Part shown: positions 35,586 to 45,790 of the stretch, one piece after another
Numbering within the stretch: the first letter of the stretch is position 1
Layout: each line of letters starts with the position of its first letter
Origin: a virus
Lineage: Duplodnaviria > Caudoviricetes
Length of the DNA: 60,570 nt
Reading direction: 5' to 3' (one strand)
Virus record (IMG/VR): IMGVR_UViG_3300005613_000070
Location: 1-60,570 of that record
Notes under the pieces: generated by a model
The model's input: the letters and a program-made list of their open reading frames with translations, nothing else
Database searches by the model: none
What the model was told of the DNA's origin: nothing
Made by a program: the position numbers and the translations under genes

Positions 35586-37565
35586 TTATTTCCCCCCTTC
35601 TGTTTTTCTATATTCATTATAAAGTTCGGGATTATCATTAGCAGCCTTTCTCATTGCATCAGTTTTGTTCATACCACCCTCTACGAGCTTATCTGTAATC
35701 TCCTTCAACTTTAGATAAGCGCCACCAGCTTTACCTTCACCAGCCGCTCCAAGCTCTTCAAAGATTCCTGCAGCTTCTAATGCTTCACTGGTTTTTTCAA
35801 GCTGTTCAATATGAGCTTTAGCCATATCAGGATTTGTTTTCTCCAGAGCAAGAATGATCTCAACTTCTTTTTTCAAATCGCCTATAATCCCAATGTCCCT
35901 AACTTGGTTCTCCAACTCCAACTTCCTGCGACTATCTTTTTCTGCTGCTGCCTCTTTCTTGGCATCTGTCACATTCTTTTCAAGCTGGACAACTCTCTCT
36001 TGAAGCTCCCTAGAGCCATCGCTCTCTGAAAGCTCCGCCTCAACTTCCTTCCTGACTTCGGCACGATATTCATCAGTCATTTCCTTCCTGATGTCATCTT
36101 TACTCTGATTTCTTAAAGTGTCGATTTCAGTTCGGAGGTCTTGTGTTTCGGTCTTGAGAGCTTCTACATCACTTTCCGGAACGTATCCTAACTGAGAGAG
36201 CGCTTTGTCCCTCTCATCTGGTGATACATCCTTGAACAATGCGTCGAGTTTCTCTTTCAGACCCTCAACTTTACCTGGCATAATAACACCTCCTATAGAA
36301 TTTGATGAAAGGGTCTTCACAACTTGATCCCACGATAGGACTTCATCAGCAAGACCCACATTTATTCCCTCATTTCCGAGGTAAGTCGCAGCTTCCGTAT
36401 TTCGTACATCTCCCACTGAGATGCCTCTATTACGAGCAACTGTATCTACAAAAAGGCTGTAGACTTCATCTACTTTCGCCTGTACATCCATAATTGCTTC
36501 TTCAGAAATTTCCTTGTGTGGCGAGAAGTCATCCTTCTTTGCTCCTGCAAAAATGGATGTAAACTTCATACCTACTTTTTCGTTGTATTTGCTTTGATCA
36601 GTATGAACTGCAATAACTCCAATCGATCCAACTCCACCTACTCTAGGAACATATATCTTATCTGTAGCTGAAGCAATAACGTATGCTGCGGAATAAGCTA
36701 TATCATTAACAGCAGCAACAATAGGTTTAGTTCCACGGGCATTATAAATTTCGTCTGCCAAATCAAAGACTCCAGAAACTTCACCACCAGGACTATCTAT
36801 ATCTAGTACAATCTTTTCTGCTTTAGGATCATTCAAAGCAGCTCTAAAGTCCTTTCCAATCTGTTCATATGTCGAAAGACCAGATAAAGTAGAAAGGCCT
36901 CTACTCCGATAGACTAAAGTATCATAAACTGGAACTATCGCAATCTTAGATTCATTTTCCTTCTTTGACCTTGAAGCAACATTAAGTTCAACTCCATTAT
37001 CCTTTACGTCCAGTCCAATACGACCTCCTATAACATTAAGGATAATATTCAACTTGTCTGGAGTTATCATCAAAGGTGTATTTACTATTCTTGTCGCAAA
37101 ACGTGTAAGGATGGCAGAATCACTTTCAATTCCTTCATTAAGTCCCTCACCAGGGCCTGGTCGTTCTTGTCTCCGCATTTTACCTCCACACTTTGGGCAT
37201 TTCAACTCAGCACAGTGTGTATCCGATGACATTTTATATCCACACTTTATGCATTCGCAATTATACTTCCCTTCAGCTGCTTCAAGTTCTGACCTCTCTA
37301 CAAGTGCATCTATTTTTTGAACTTCAGCAGCAGCCTCATAAGACCCCTTATGAGCTTTACAATGACTCTTAGCTTCACTTGCATTCCATGTCTTTTTTGG
37401 ATAGCGATATGCCTGATCTTCAAACTTACTAGTAGCCTTTGATGTTCCACGAATGACAGAGTAAGTCTTTTTATAAGATTTACTTTTCCGTTTGATTCTA
37501 GCCCAAGGATCTTTGAAGTTTTTTGGATCTTTTAGTCTACATGAATATTCATTCTCATATGGCAT
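35586..37565 (-). CDS. S49 (SppA-like) prohead protease fused to scaffold, with N-terminal and Zn-ribbon domains
   Basis: DIDSPGGEV, AYSAAY, GSIGV, GAKK motifs; C-terminal coiled coil. Confidence 0.9.
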   Translation of the reverse strand: MPYENEYSCRLKDPKNFKDPWARIKRKSKSYKKTYSVIRGTSKATSKFEDQAYRYPKKTWNASEAKSHCKAHKGSYEAAAEVQKIDALVERSELEAAEGKYNCECIKCGYKMSSDTHCAELKCPKCGGKMRRQERPGPGEGLNEGIESDSAILTRFATRIVNTPLMITPDKLNIILNVIGGRIGLDVKDNGVELNVASRSKKENESKIAIVPVYDTLVYRSRGLSTLSGLSTYEQIGKDFRAALNDPKAEKIVLDIDSPGGEVSGVFDLADEIYNARGTKPIVAAVNDIAYSAAYVIASATDKIYVPRVGGVGSIGVIAVHTDQSKYNEKVGMKFTSIFAGAKKDDFSPHKEISEEAIMDVQAKVDEVYSLFVDTVARNRGISVGDVRNTEAATYLGNEGINVGLADEVLSWDQVVKTLSSNSIGGVIMPGKVEGLKEKLDALFKDVSPDERDKALSQLGYVPESDVEALKTETQDLRTEIDTLRNQSKDDIRKEMTDEYRAEVRKEVEAELSESDGSRELQERVVQLEKNVTDAKKEAAAEKDSRRKLELENQVRDIGIIGDLKKEVEIILALEKTNPDMAKAHIEQLEKTSEALEAAGIFEELGAAGEGKAGGAYLKLKEITDKLVEGGMNKTDAMRKAANDNPELYNEYRKTEGGK

Positions 37566-37583
37566 GATTATTTATCACCTCCT

Positions 37584-38456
37584 TTAATATTTTAGCCATT
37601 TTATTCTTTGTCTTAATCTTTCACAAAACTTGATTGAAGCTCTTGCATCTTCAATACCAAATCCCTTACCATTTATAATTCGTTTATAACTTTCTGTATG
37701 TAAAGTTGAAATGTCAGGAAAGTCATATACTACATTATTAAATGTAAATGAACGTCTGACACGATCACTTTCAAGTGATAAAATAAAATCTATTTCTATT
37801 TTTTTAAAGGAGATTCTTCCACTTATAGTCCTATGTGTTCCTGAGTTTAAAAGTGTAAAGTTATAAGGTTCACCAAAGACGTAAATTAGATAGTCAAACA
37901 GATGAATTCCTATATTCGTTGTTAGACCTCCAGACTTTCCCTCATCACTCTTCCAACTATGGTCGTACCACCTTCCTCTCGGTGTAATATAAAGTACCGA
38001 TCCTTTAGTGCTATTAGTAATTACATCCTTTGATATAAGTTCTATCAGTCTTAATTGTAATATAGTATATATCCTACCTTCTGATGCATCTTCAACTTTC
38101 TGTAATTCGTCTAGATTCCTTTCTGTAAGTGTTAAAGGCTTTTCACATATAACACTTGCTCCAATACGAAGCCCAAACCTGCAATGAGCATCATGTAAAT
38201 AATTAGGTGAACAAACAACGACCCAATCAATTCCCTGATCTTCATATATAAATTTACTGCAAAACCGATCAAATCTCTCAAATTCTGTAAAGAAGGCGCA
38301 ATCAGGAAAGTAGCTATCCAACACACCAACACTATCATGAGGATCTAATGCCGCCACCAACTTACCTCCAATTTCCTTAATTGCCTTCATATGCCGAGGT
38401 GCAACAAATCCTGCTGCTCCTATCATAGCAAAATTCATACCGTTAAGATGAGACAT
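37584..38456 (-). CDS. wbpB: Gfo/Idh/MocA oxidoreductase, UDP-GlcNAcA 3-dehydrogenase-like (WbpB/WlbA)
   Basis: FAMIGAAGFVAPRHMKAI, SPNYLHDAH, CEKP, NIGIH motifs. Confidence 0.85.
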   Translation of the reverse strand: MSHLNGMNFAMIGAAGFVAPRHMKAIKEIGGKLVAALDPHDSVGVLDSYFPDCAFFTEFERFDRFCSKFIYEDQGIDWVVVCSPNYLHDAHCRFGLRIGASVICEKPLTLTERNLDELQKVEDASEGRIYTILQLRLIELISKDVITNSTKGSVLYITPRGRWYDHSWKSDEGKSGGLTTNIGIHLFDYLIYVFGEPYNFTLLNSGTHRTISGRISFKKIEIDFILSLESDRVRRSFTFNNVVYDFPDISTLHTESYKRIINGKGFGIEDARASIKFCERLRQRIKWLKY

Positions 38457-38458
38457 AA

Positions 38459-38929
38459 TTATTTCATCCCTTTATTTCCAGTTTCTACCTTTTTTCTTGC
38501 AGTAGAGCTTGCTAAGAATTCTTCCTGTGGAACATTACCCCTTTTCTGAGCAGGAAATCCAAAATGTATTTCCTTTGTTGGCACATCTTTTGTTACTACT
38601 GCGCCAGCTCCTATTACAGCCTCTGCACCAATAGTTACTCCAGGCATCAGAATTGCACCAGAAGCTATTCTTGCTCCACGATGAATATGTATGCCTTTGA
38701 CTATTGATGAATAGCCTCTACGATGAGCTATTCTCTTTGTAGTCATAAGCAGTACACGAGCACCAATATAAGTCTCATCTTCAATAATAGATTCACGTTC
38801 AATAAGTGCATAATAACCAATAAAGCAGTTATTACCTATTCGTACATCTTCCTCTATGACTGCTCCATGTTGTATCTCTGTGTCCTTACCTACCACAGCA
38901 TTTTCAGTTTTTAAGATGTACTCATCCAT
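38459..38929 (-). CDS. hexapeptide-repeat acetyltransferase (WbpD-like)
   Basis: Left-handed beta-helix repeats; IGAGAVVTKDV. Confidence 0.8.
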   Translation of the reverse strand: MDEYILKTENAVVGKDTEIQHGAVIEEDVRIGNNCFIGYYALIERESIIEDETYIGARVLLMTTKRIAHRRGYSSIVKGIHIHRGARIASGAILMPGVTIGAEAVIGAGAVVTKDVPTKEIHFGFPAQKRGNVPQEEFLASSTARKKVETGNKGMK

Positions 38930-38948
38930 ATCACTACCTCATAATATA

Positions 38949-39581
38949 TTAAAGTTGCAATTTTAATACCTCAAACATCTCAGCATATCCATTACTAGCC
39001 TGACTTCCACGAACTATTGCTAAACTTTCTACAAAGTTACTACCCCAATATGAACGTGAATATTGTGATTTAAAGCATGTTATCATCTTATGTTTCTTAT
39101 TTAAATGTTTTCGTTTAATTTCTACATAACATGCATGTTTGGAAGCTATAACATTCAACAAACTTTCGTAACCCAATATTGATGCATACCGAAAAGCTCT
39201 TATGCCTTCTTTTCTTATAACACAATGATCCTGATGAATATCCGATGAGGAAGGCAATAAAACTAAGTCAGGATTAATTAGATCTTTCAAAGTTATTAAT
39301 TGCTCTAAGATTTCCTGTCGATCCTCATTAAAATGTCTACATTTAAAATTAAATTTGTAGATATTCTGAGGATTTATCTCAAGTACTTTCATTGCAGCAT
39401 CAATCTCACTTTTACTATAATCTTTATCATATCCCTCTGGGGCAGATTCCTCACAGAAAGAAAATACAACATAGAAAACATCCTTACCTTCTTCTAAGAA
39501 TCGCATCAAAGTACCACTACAGCCTGTATCATCATCTCCATGTGGCCCTAAGAACAATATCCTTTTAAAATCTATTTTCAT
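38949..39581 (-). CDS. PIG-L/LmbE family N-deacetylase
   Basis: PHGDD and HQDH motifs. Confidence 0.85.
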   Translation of the reverse strand: MKIDFKRILFLGPHGDDDTGCSGTLMRFLEEGKDVFYVVFSFCEESAPEGYDKDYSKSEIDAAMKVLEINPQNIYKFNFKCRHFNEDRQEILEQLITLKDLINPDLVLLPSSSDIHQDHCVIRKEGIRAFRYASILGYESLLNVIASKHACYVEIKRKHLNKKHKMITCFKSQYSRSYWGSNFVESLAIVRGSQASNGYAEMFEVLKLQL

Positions 39582-40404
39582 ATATACTCCTGAAAGGTCT
39601 ATAGGAATAAAACCTCAATCCCCACTTTCGCACGTAATCTCTAAAGTCATCAGTTTCCTCATCTTCTTCACCGTCAAACTCTAATCTATCAGCGTCAAAT
39701 TTACACTTATTGACGCAAATAATTGGATAATCAACAACTATTGTTGGATTTATTCCATGATAGTTTGCTATCTTTTTGTATTTGTTAATTACATGACCTA
39801 AAGCATTTATTCTTTCTTTCTTAGATATAGGTGTCACTTTTCTAATGAACTTAGCAGGACTTCCTGCATATATGCTGTTAGCATCATCTAAATTTTTAGT
39901 TACAACACTTCCTGCCCCAATAACAATATTTTTATGGATATGTACTCCCATTAATATTGTAGAACGGTGTCCTACTATAACACCATCATCTATCATAACT
40001 CCCGCAAACTTAGCAGGGAATCCATCCAGAACAGACAGCCAATATCCATGAGTTATTACAGTCACTTCGGGACTCAAACCTACATCATTTCCAATAACAA
40101 CAGGTTCAGCTATATTAATAACATTGTTATGAATAGTGCATCTGTTTCCTATTGAAAAGTTTGCAGTCGGATTGGTATAGCCACCTCCACCAACTCGTAA
40201 TCCCGAACTATGATAAAGGTCATTACCTATAAATACATTACGACCTTTTATCTCAACATCATCACCTAATTTGCTCCGATCTCCAATATGAAAGATACCT
40301 TTCACATCAATATGGACATTTCGTCCAAATGATGCTGTCCCACTTATAGTTAGCACCTCAGCCTGTATAAATATATCCTTTGAACTATTTTTGTAAACTT
40401 CCAT
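39565..40404 (-). CDS. hexapeptide-repeat acyltransferase
   Basis: Beta-helix repeats; IGAGSVVTK...GSPAK. Confidence 0.8.
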   Translation of the reverse strand: MEVYKNSSKDIFIQAEVLTISGTASFGRNVHIDVKGIFHIGDRSKLGDDVEIKGRNVFIGNDLYHSSGLRVGGGGYTNPTANFSIGNRCTIHNNVINIAEPVVIGNDVGLSPEVTVITHGYWLSVLDGFPAKFAGVMIDDGVIVGHRSTILMGVHIHKNIVIGAGSVVTKNLDDANSIYAGSPAKFIRKVTPISKKERINALGHVINKYKKIANYHGINPTIVVDYPIICVNKCKFDADRLEFDGEEDEETDDFRDYVRKWGLRFYSYRPFRSIYENRF

Positions 40405-40414
40405 TTATAATTCC

Positions 40415-41155
40415 CTACATGTGGTATCCACCATTAACTCCAATAACTTGTCCTGTCATATATGATGCTTCTTCTGAGGCCAAAAACATCACTAATGAAG
40501 CCACCTCTTTAGGCTCACCTAATCTACCCATAGGAATACGACTCAATATCACATCTTGCAACTTCTGTGGAAGTCGTTTAATCATACCTACACTAATAAA
40601 GCCACTCGCTACTGCATTGACTGTTACATTTCTTTTAGAAAGCTCTAGAGCTACAGATTTAGTAAACCCTATCACACCAGCCTTTGCTGCTGCATAATTA
40701 GCTGCTCCTGCAGCTCCCATCTGACCTTGCACGGATACAATATTTATGATCCTACTAACTCTAGCTTTATCTAAGACTGCTCTAGTGCAGTTAAATACTC
40801 CATTCAGATTCACATCTATGACATTATTCCAAGTTATTCTGGCCATCCTCCATACTAGACTATCATCGAAATTACCTGCATTATTAATTAATACATCAAT
40901 ATTGTCAAATGTGGCTAATGCAGTTTTAATCATGCCATCAACCCACTCAAACTTAGTAATATCTACTTTTAAGGCTAAAGCATCTACACCAAGATTCTTT
41001 ATAGTATTTTCTACATCTTTCAATAAACTGATATTCTCTTTACAGCAGAGAACTATATTTGCTCCTTCCTTAGCAAATGCTAAAGCTATAACCTTCCCGA
41101 GACCTCTGGAACTTCCAGTAACTAAAACAGTTTTACCTTTAAACCTTTTATTCAA
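40415..41155 (-). CDS. fabG: SDR reductase, 3-oxoacyl-ACP reductase-like
   Basis: TGSSRGLG, NNAG, YAAAK, GQVIGVNGG; TTG start at 41155 behind AGGAG. Confidence 0.8.
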   Translation of the reverse strand: MNKRFKGKTVLVTGSSRGLGKVIALAFAKEGANIVLCCKENISLLKDVENTIKNLGVDALALKVDITKFEWVDGMIKTALATFDNIDVLINNAGNFDDSLVWRMARITWNNVIDVNLNGVFNCTRAVLDKARVSRIINIVSVQGQMGAAGAANYAAAKAGVIGFTKSVALELSKRNVTVNAVASGFISVGMIKRLPQKLQDVILSRIPMGRLGEPKEVASLVMFLASEEASYMTGQVIGVNGGYHM

Positions 41156-41165
41156 TTTTAAACTC

Positions 41166-42227
41166 CTAATTAAGTAACACGTTAAGAATTCTCTCTGCAA
41201 CTTTACCATCCCAATACTTACTTTTAATAGATGTATGAGACCTTCTTCCAGACAAAATTGCATCAACCTCTCTAAGAAGTTTGTCCTTATCTATCCCAAT
41301 TAAGGTATTCGTTCCATCAATCAAGGATTCAAAGTGTCCTGTAGCTGATAATAATGTAAAACAAGGTACGTCTAAAAAACTAGAATCTACCTGCAAACCT
41401 CCTGAATCAGTTATAAGAAATTTGGCATTCTTTAAGAGCCCTATAAATTTAAGATAGCCAACAGGTGAACATACACTAAGAGGTCTCAAGTATTTCTTAT
41501 ATCCAAACAGCTTAATCCTATTTAAAGTTCTCGGATGAATTGGAAAGATAATATTAATGTTCTCTGCAACTTTTCCTATAGCTTCCAAAATCTTTTTTAG
41601 TCTATTAGGATCGTCTACATTTTCTGCTCTATGCAAGGTTAGTAATGCATGATCCTTTTGCATCTGTACTTCTATTTTAGGTAATTTATGTATCAACGTA
41701 TCTATCATTATATTCCCAACAACATAACATTGTGTAGATGCTTTACTTTCAGAAATTAAATACTTTCGATCCGTTTCCGTAAGACAAAAGAGGTAGTCAG
41801 AAATTGTATCTGTCAAAACTCTATTTACTTCTTCTGATGTCTTATCATAAAGTCTATTACCAGCTTCAACATGAGCTAACTTAATGTCCTTCATCTTTGC
41901 AACTACTAAAGCACAAGCCAAAGTAGAATTAACATCACCTAGAACAACAACAATATCAGGCTTTTCCTTTATACAATAATTCTCAAATTTCCTCATAATC
42001 TCTGCTGTCTGATATGCATGCGATTTAGAACCAACTTCAAAGTTGAAATCTGGTTCTTGTATATCGAGATCTTTAAGAAAGATTCGAGACATTTTATCAT
42101 GGTAGTGCTGTCCTGTATGAACCAAATCAAATTTTACATTCTTATCGTTCCTCTCTTTAAGCTGCCAAATAAGAGGAGCAACTTTAATCATATTAGGTCG
42201 TGTACCTACAACAAGTGTTAATTTCAT
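41166..42227 (-). CDS. wecB: non-hydrolysing UDP-GlcNAc-type 2-epimerase (WecB/WbpI family)
   Basis: GTRPN, HTGQHY, GDVNS, HVEAG, TDSGGLQ motifs. Confidence 0.9.
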   Translation of the reverse strand: MKLTLVVGTRPNMIKVAPLIWQLKERNDKNVKFDLVHTGQHYHDKMSRIFLKDLDIQEPDFNFEVGSKSHAYQTAEIMRKFENYCIKEKPDIVVVLGDVNSTLACALVVAKMKDIKLAHVEAGNRLYDKTSEEVNRVLTDTISDYLFCLTETDRKYLISESKASTQCYVVGNIMIDTLIHKLPKIEVQMQKDHALLTLHRAENVDDPNRLKKILEAIGKVAENINIIFPIHPRTLNRIKLFGYKKYLRPLSVCSPVGYLKFIGLLKNAKFLITDSGGLQVDSSFLDVPCFTLLSATGHFESLIDGTNTLIGIDKDKLLREVDAILSGRRSHTSIKSKYWDGKVAERILNVLLN

Positions 42228-43051
42228 TCTGGTAAAAACTCCTTTATATGAAGAGGTATATATTTAATGCTCTTCTTGAGACGATCTAATATATCACTTG
42301 GTATAGTTTCTCTAATATCAAAAGGACACGGTACAAGTGGATAATACTTTTTAGACTTATGAATATTATTAAAGATGTGACTCCTTCTAGATATATTACC
42401 AAAACCATGTGCACTTATTCCATACTTCCACATATCACTAAGATCTCTAATTATCACCAAATCAGGTTCTGCTTCCATAACCGCTCTCCGAAATACTCCA
42501 TCGACGTTCTTTTTCGCAGATACCATATTAAGTCGAGCCTTCCTTATTACATTAGCAGAAACCGCTACACTTCCAATATCTCCTCTAGGTGGATTCATAG
42601 CCAGCAGTGCTTCTGGATCACCTATTATAGATTCATCTTTCTCAATACTATAAACGATAAATGAAACTGGAACAAACCAATGACCTTCTGGATGCTCCTC
42701 ATATAAAGAGTATAAGGTCGTCATCCTTTGAGGAGCCGAGAATATATCCGCAGCATCTCTAAAAACAAGAGTTGAAGAATCACTTATCTGTTCGAGTAGG
42801 AGCTTCCACTTAGCACCTAATGGTATCCAATCTATTAAGGGTATATATTTCAAACTTACACATCCTACTTCCTCTAATCGCTTACGATACTCCATAACAT
42901 TTTCTTCACCAAAACTTTCACATCTAGTCTCCTCAGCAATTATAAGTTCCCATTCAACATTGACATCTTGCTGTCTACACCAACCCTCCATAGTCAGCCA
43001 AGCTATATATTTGGCTCGAAACATAGGAATAAGAACAGATGCTTTGATCAT
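42224..43051 (-). CDS. GT-A fold (family 2-like) glycosyltransferase
   Basis: SVLIPMF...WELIIAEE...LGAK; D-x-x-D motif region. Confidence 0.65.
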   Translation of the reverse strand: MIKASVLIPMFRAKYIAWLTMEGWCRQQDVNVEWELIIAEETRCESFGEENVMEYRKRLEEVGCVSLKYIPLIDWIPLGAKWKLLLEQISDSSTLVFRDAADIFSAPQRMTTLYSLYEEHPEGHWFVPVSFIVYSIEKDESIIGDPEALLAMNPPRGDIGSVAVSANVIRKARLNMVSAKKNVDGVFRRAVMEAEPDLVIIRDLSDMWKYGISAHGFGNISRRSHIFNNIHKSKKYYPLVPCPFDIRETIPSDILDRLKKSIKYIPLHIKEFLPE

Positions 43052-43614
43052 AATAATTCATCCTCAGGTACTATTTTTATATATTTAGCAGGTGAACCAT
43101 ACCAGCACTCCAAAGGAGGTATATTCTTTGTTACTACAGAACCTGCACCTATTTGAGCATTCTCGCCTATTTCAACTCCAGGCATAACTAAAGTTCTAGC
43201 ACCTATTCGTGCAGCTCGTCTAATCATAGGACCTTTAAGTTCTAAAGGAAAATTTCTGCCATGTTTAATCTGATGCGTATTTATACAACAGAAGCAAGGC
43301 CCAATGAATATATCCTCCTCAAAAACAGCATGACTTGTAATGTGACTTTGGTCATGAATTGTAGTTCTGTCCCCGATGATTGTATCACCTTCACATACAG
43401 ATGAATGTCCTATCATACAATTTTGTCCTATTATAGTACGTGAACGTAGAATAACATTATGTCCTATGAGAGTATTATCTCCAATTACACAATCCTCATC
43501 AATAACAACATTCGTACCCAATCGAACATTCTCTCCAAACTTTACAGAGGGATGTATGAGCCCATACTGACCCAAAAGGTTTTCATATGGAAGTTCATAA
43601 AGATTACTCTTCAT
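43048..43614 (-). CDS. hexapeptide-repeat N-acyltransferase (WbpD/FdtC-like)
   Basis: IHPSV, IGAGSVVTKNIP, GSPA motifs. Confidence 0.8.
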   Translation of the reverse strand: MKSNLYELPYENLLGQYGLIHPSVKFGENVRLGTNVVIDEDCVIGDNTLIGHNVILRSRTIIGQNCMIGHSSVCEGDTIIGDRTTIHDQSHITSHAVFEEDIFIGPCFCCINTHQIKHGRNFPLELKGPMIRRAARIGARTLVMPGVEIGENAQIGAGSVVTKNIPPLECWYGSPAKYIKIVPEDELL

Positions 43615-44518
43615 CTATCAATCTTCCTACTATATCCTTAAATTGAAGTGATCTATTTATGTCGCTATGATTCTCTTGAACGAATTTCATAGCATTTTCT
43701 CTCATTTTAGTGTAATTTTCCGGATGATTTAAAACTTCTTTTATCTGCCTAATTACATTCTTTCTCGTAATAGGAATATAATGAATATTAGGTTCAAATC
43801 CCAATATATCAAGCTCTTCTTTCCTTTCAGCCAGTAATAATGTACCTGCTGCAGGAATTTCAAAGTACTTTGATACTATACCACCGAACATTCCTGATGT
43901 TGCGATGGCACAAAAGTAATTATTAAGAAATTTCGGATACTCCTCAAAAGGAACAGCAGCTCGGCCTTTAATATCAACTAACTCAGAAATCCCATTTACA
44001 TTCTCTTTCCAAAGTTCCTTAATGTACTTTCTAAAAGGATAATAGTAATTTACATGCCCCGATATCAGACATTTCATTTTAGGTTTCAGATTTACCTGCA
44101 AATCCGCATAACTTTCGTAAGGATAAAAACATCCGGAAAAAAGTTTATACTTAGAAAGATATTGTGGATACCATTTTACAAACTTTTCATAAAATCCTCC
44201 CATAATTATATCACATCTCTCAAACATTAACTTTTTATTCTTCTCACATTCCCTATTATAATGACATTGTAAATCCCCAAAGTAGGATATAAGTTTCGTA
44301 TCCGAATCAAGTACACCTGGAATCATCTTAGATCTATTATGATAAGGTACTGCATAAATAATTGCTACATCTAATCCTTTCAAATTAGGCTTATCTGTAT
44401 ATATAAGAGGAATATTACAGAGCTTTTCTATTCTATCAAACAGGACTTTAGATACCATACTAAGCCCCATTTTATATCTTCTCTTATAAAATGTAGGTAT
44501 TATAATTGCGCCTCTCAA
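43604..44518 (-). CDS. GT-B glycosyltransferase (CgeB/Glyco_trans_1_2-like)
   Basis: KYFEIPAAGTLLL...HYI...NH motif. Confidence 0.75.
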   Translation of the reverse strand: MRGAIIIPTFYKRRYKMGLSMVSKVLFDRIEKLCNIPLIYTDKPNLKGLDVAIIYAVPYHNRSKMIPGVLDSDTKLISYFGDLQCHYNRECEKNKKLMFERCDIIMGGFYEKFVKWYPQYLSKYKLFSGCFYPYESYADLQVNLKPKMKCLISGHVNYYYPFRKYIKELWKENVNGISELVDIKGRAAVPFEEYPKFLNNYFCAIATSGMFGGIVSKYFEIPAAGTLLLAERKEELDILGFEPNIHYIPITRKNVIRQIKEVLNHPENYTKMRENAMKFVQENHSDINRSLQFKDIVGRLIDEE

Positions 44519-45717
44519 TGTTTAGCCACCGATTCAAAAGGTTTACGTTTACCTACATACATCTTAAGTGAGGATTTCTTAGCATATGTCATAACACCTT
44601 CATTAGGATCAATTAAGTCATTTTTAATACAATGCTCATACAACTTTGTTCCCGGAAAAGGGTAGAACCAGGTAACCTGTATATAATCAGGATCTGCTTC
44701 CTTATTAAGTTTTATAGTAGCCTGTGCACGTTTTTCTTCTCCAGGAAAAGGCCACCCTACCATATTAAATGATGCAGTCTTTATACCTCGTGCTTTCAGC
44801 AACTTAAATGCAGATATAATCTGTGCATTCGTCATAAATCGACTCAAATGCTTCTTCCTAAAAGCTTCATCCCCACACTCCAATCCCATCGCAACATACT
44901 TACATCCAGTAGCAGAAAGATGGTCAGCCATTTCTTTGTCAATGCTTTCCACCCTGCCCATACATCCATAAGGCTTACCTAACTTACTGACAGCAGCAAA
45001 TAGCTCCATCGCATACTCTCGATTGGAGAATATCATATCATCCCCAAAGTAATATAACCTGAATTTATAATTATGTTTCAAAAAATCAAGTTCGTCTATA
45101 ACCTGCTCAACTGGACGTGTGCGTACATATGCCTTCTTATACAACTTCAAATAAGCTGCATTGCAACAATAACTACAAGCATAGGGACATCCACGAGTTG
45201 CATTCACATAAAGAAATCCACCACGATCTATTATTCCTGTAAACTTCTCCCAGGGAAATTTCGGTAGCGCTGATAAATCCTCTGGAGGTCTAACAGGATT
45301 GGCAACTATTTTGCCATCTCTTCTAAACACCAAATTGTTTACATTATATAACGATTCCTTACCAAAGTTATCCAAAAACTCATTAACAAATGATTCACCT
45401 TCTCCAATGCATAAATAATCAATCTCCGGATATTGTGCTAACAGCGATGGACCAACTACTGTAGGATGCACACCTCCAACCAGAATTGGTGTATCCTCCT
45501 GTGCCTTAAGAGCATGTACAACTTGCTTTACATAAGGAAATGATAATGTCATACTAGAGATCATCACAATGTCAAAATGCCCTTTTATTTGTTTAGGTAG
45601 TACTCTCAACAGCTTGTAAGATGAGTTAAAAAATTGTTTCTTACCTTTTATAGAAGCATATACATAACCTGCTCCACGACCTACCGCTCCATCTATATAA
45701 ATAAATGCTATCTTCAA
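44515..45717 (-). CDS. cobalamin-binding radical SAM enzyme (class B methyltransferase-like)
   Basis: VGGVHPT, GEGE (B12 domain); RGCPYACSYC CxxxCxxC; PFPGT. Confidence 0.9.
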   Translation of the reverse strand: MKIAFIYIDGAVGRGAGYVYASIKGKKQFFNSSYKLLRVLPKQIKGHFDIVMISSMTLSFPYVKQVVHALKAQEDTPILVGGVHPTVVGPSLLAQYPEIDYLCIGEGESFVNEFLDNFGKESLYNVNNLVFRRDGKIVANPVRPPEDLSALPKFPWEKFTGIIDRGGFLYVNATRGCPYACSYCCNAAYLKLYKKAYVRTRPVEQVIDELDFLKHNYKFRLYYFGDDMIFSNREYAMELFAAVSKLGKPYGCMGRVESIDKEMADHLSATGCKYVAMGLECGDEAFRKKHLSRFMTNAQIISAFKLLKARGIKTASFNMVGWPFPGEEKRAQATIKLNKEADPDYIQVTWFYPFPGTKLYEHCIKNDLIDPNEGVMTYAKKSSLKMYVGKRKPFESVAKH

Positions 45718-45790
45718 AGTTCCTCCTCACAAATGAAGCGTCCGTTACAGAGTATCACATTACTATCTACATGTTCAATCTCCTTGGTCT

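Noticed and set aside
41156-41266. N-terminal extension of the FabG-like ORF
   Set aside because: It overlaps the epimerase gene; TTG at 41155 has an RBS and gives a normal SDR length.
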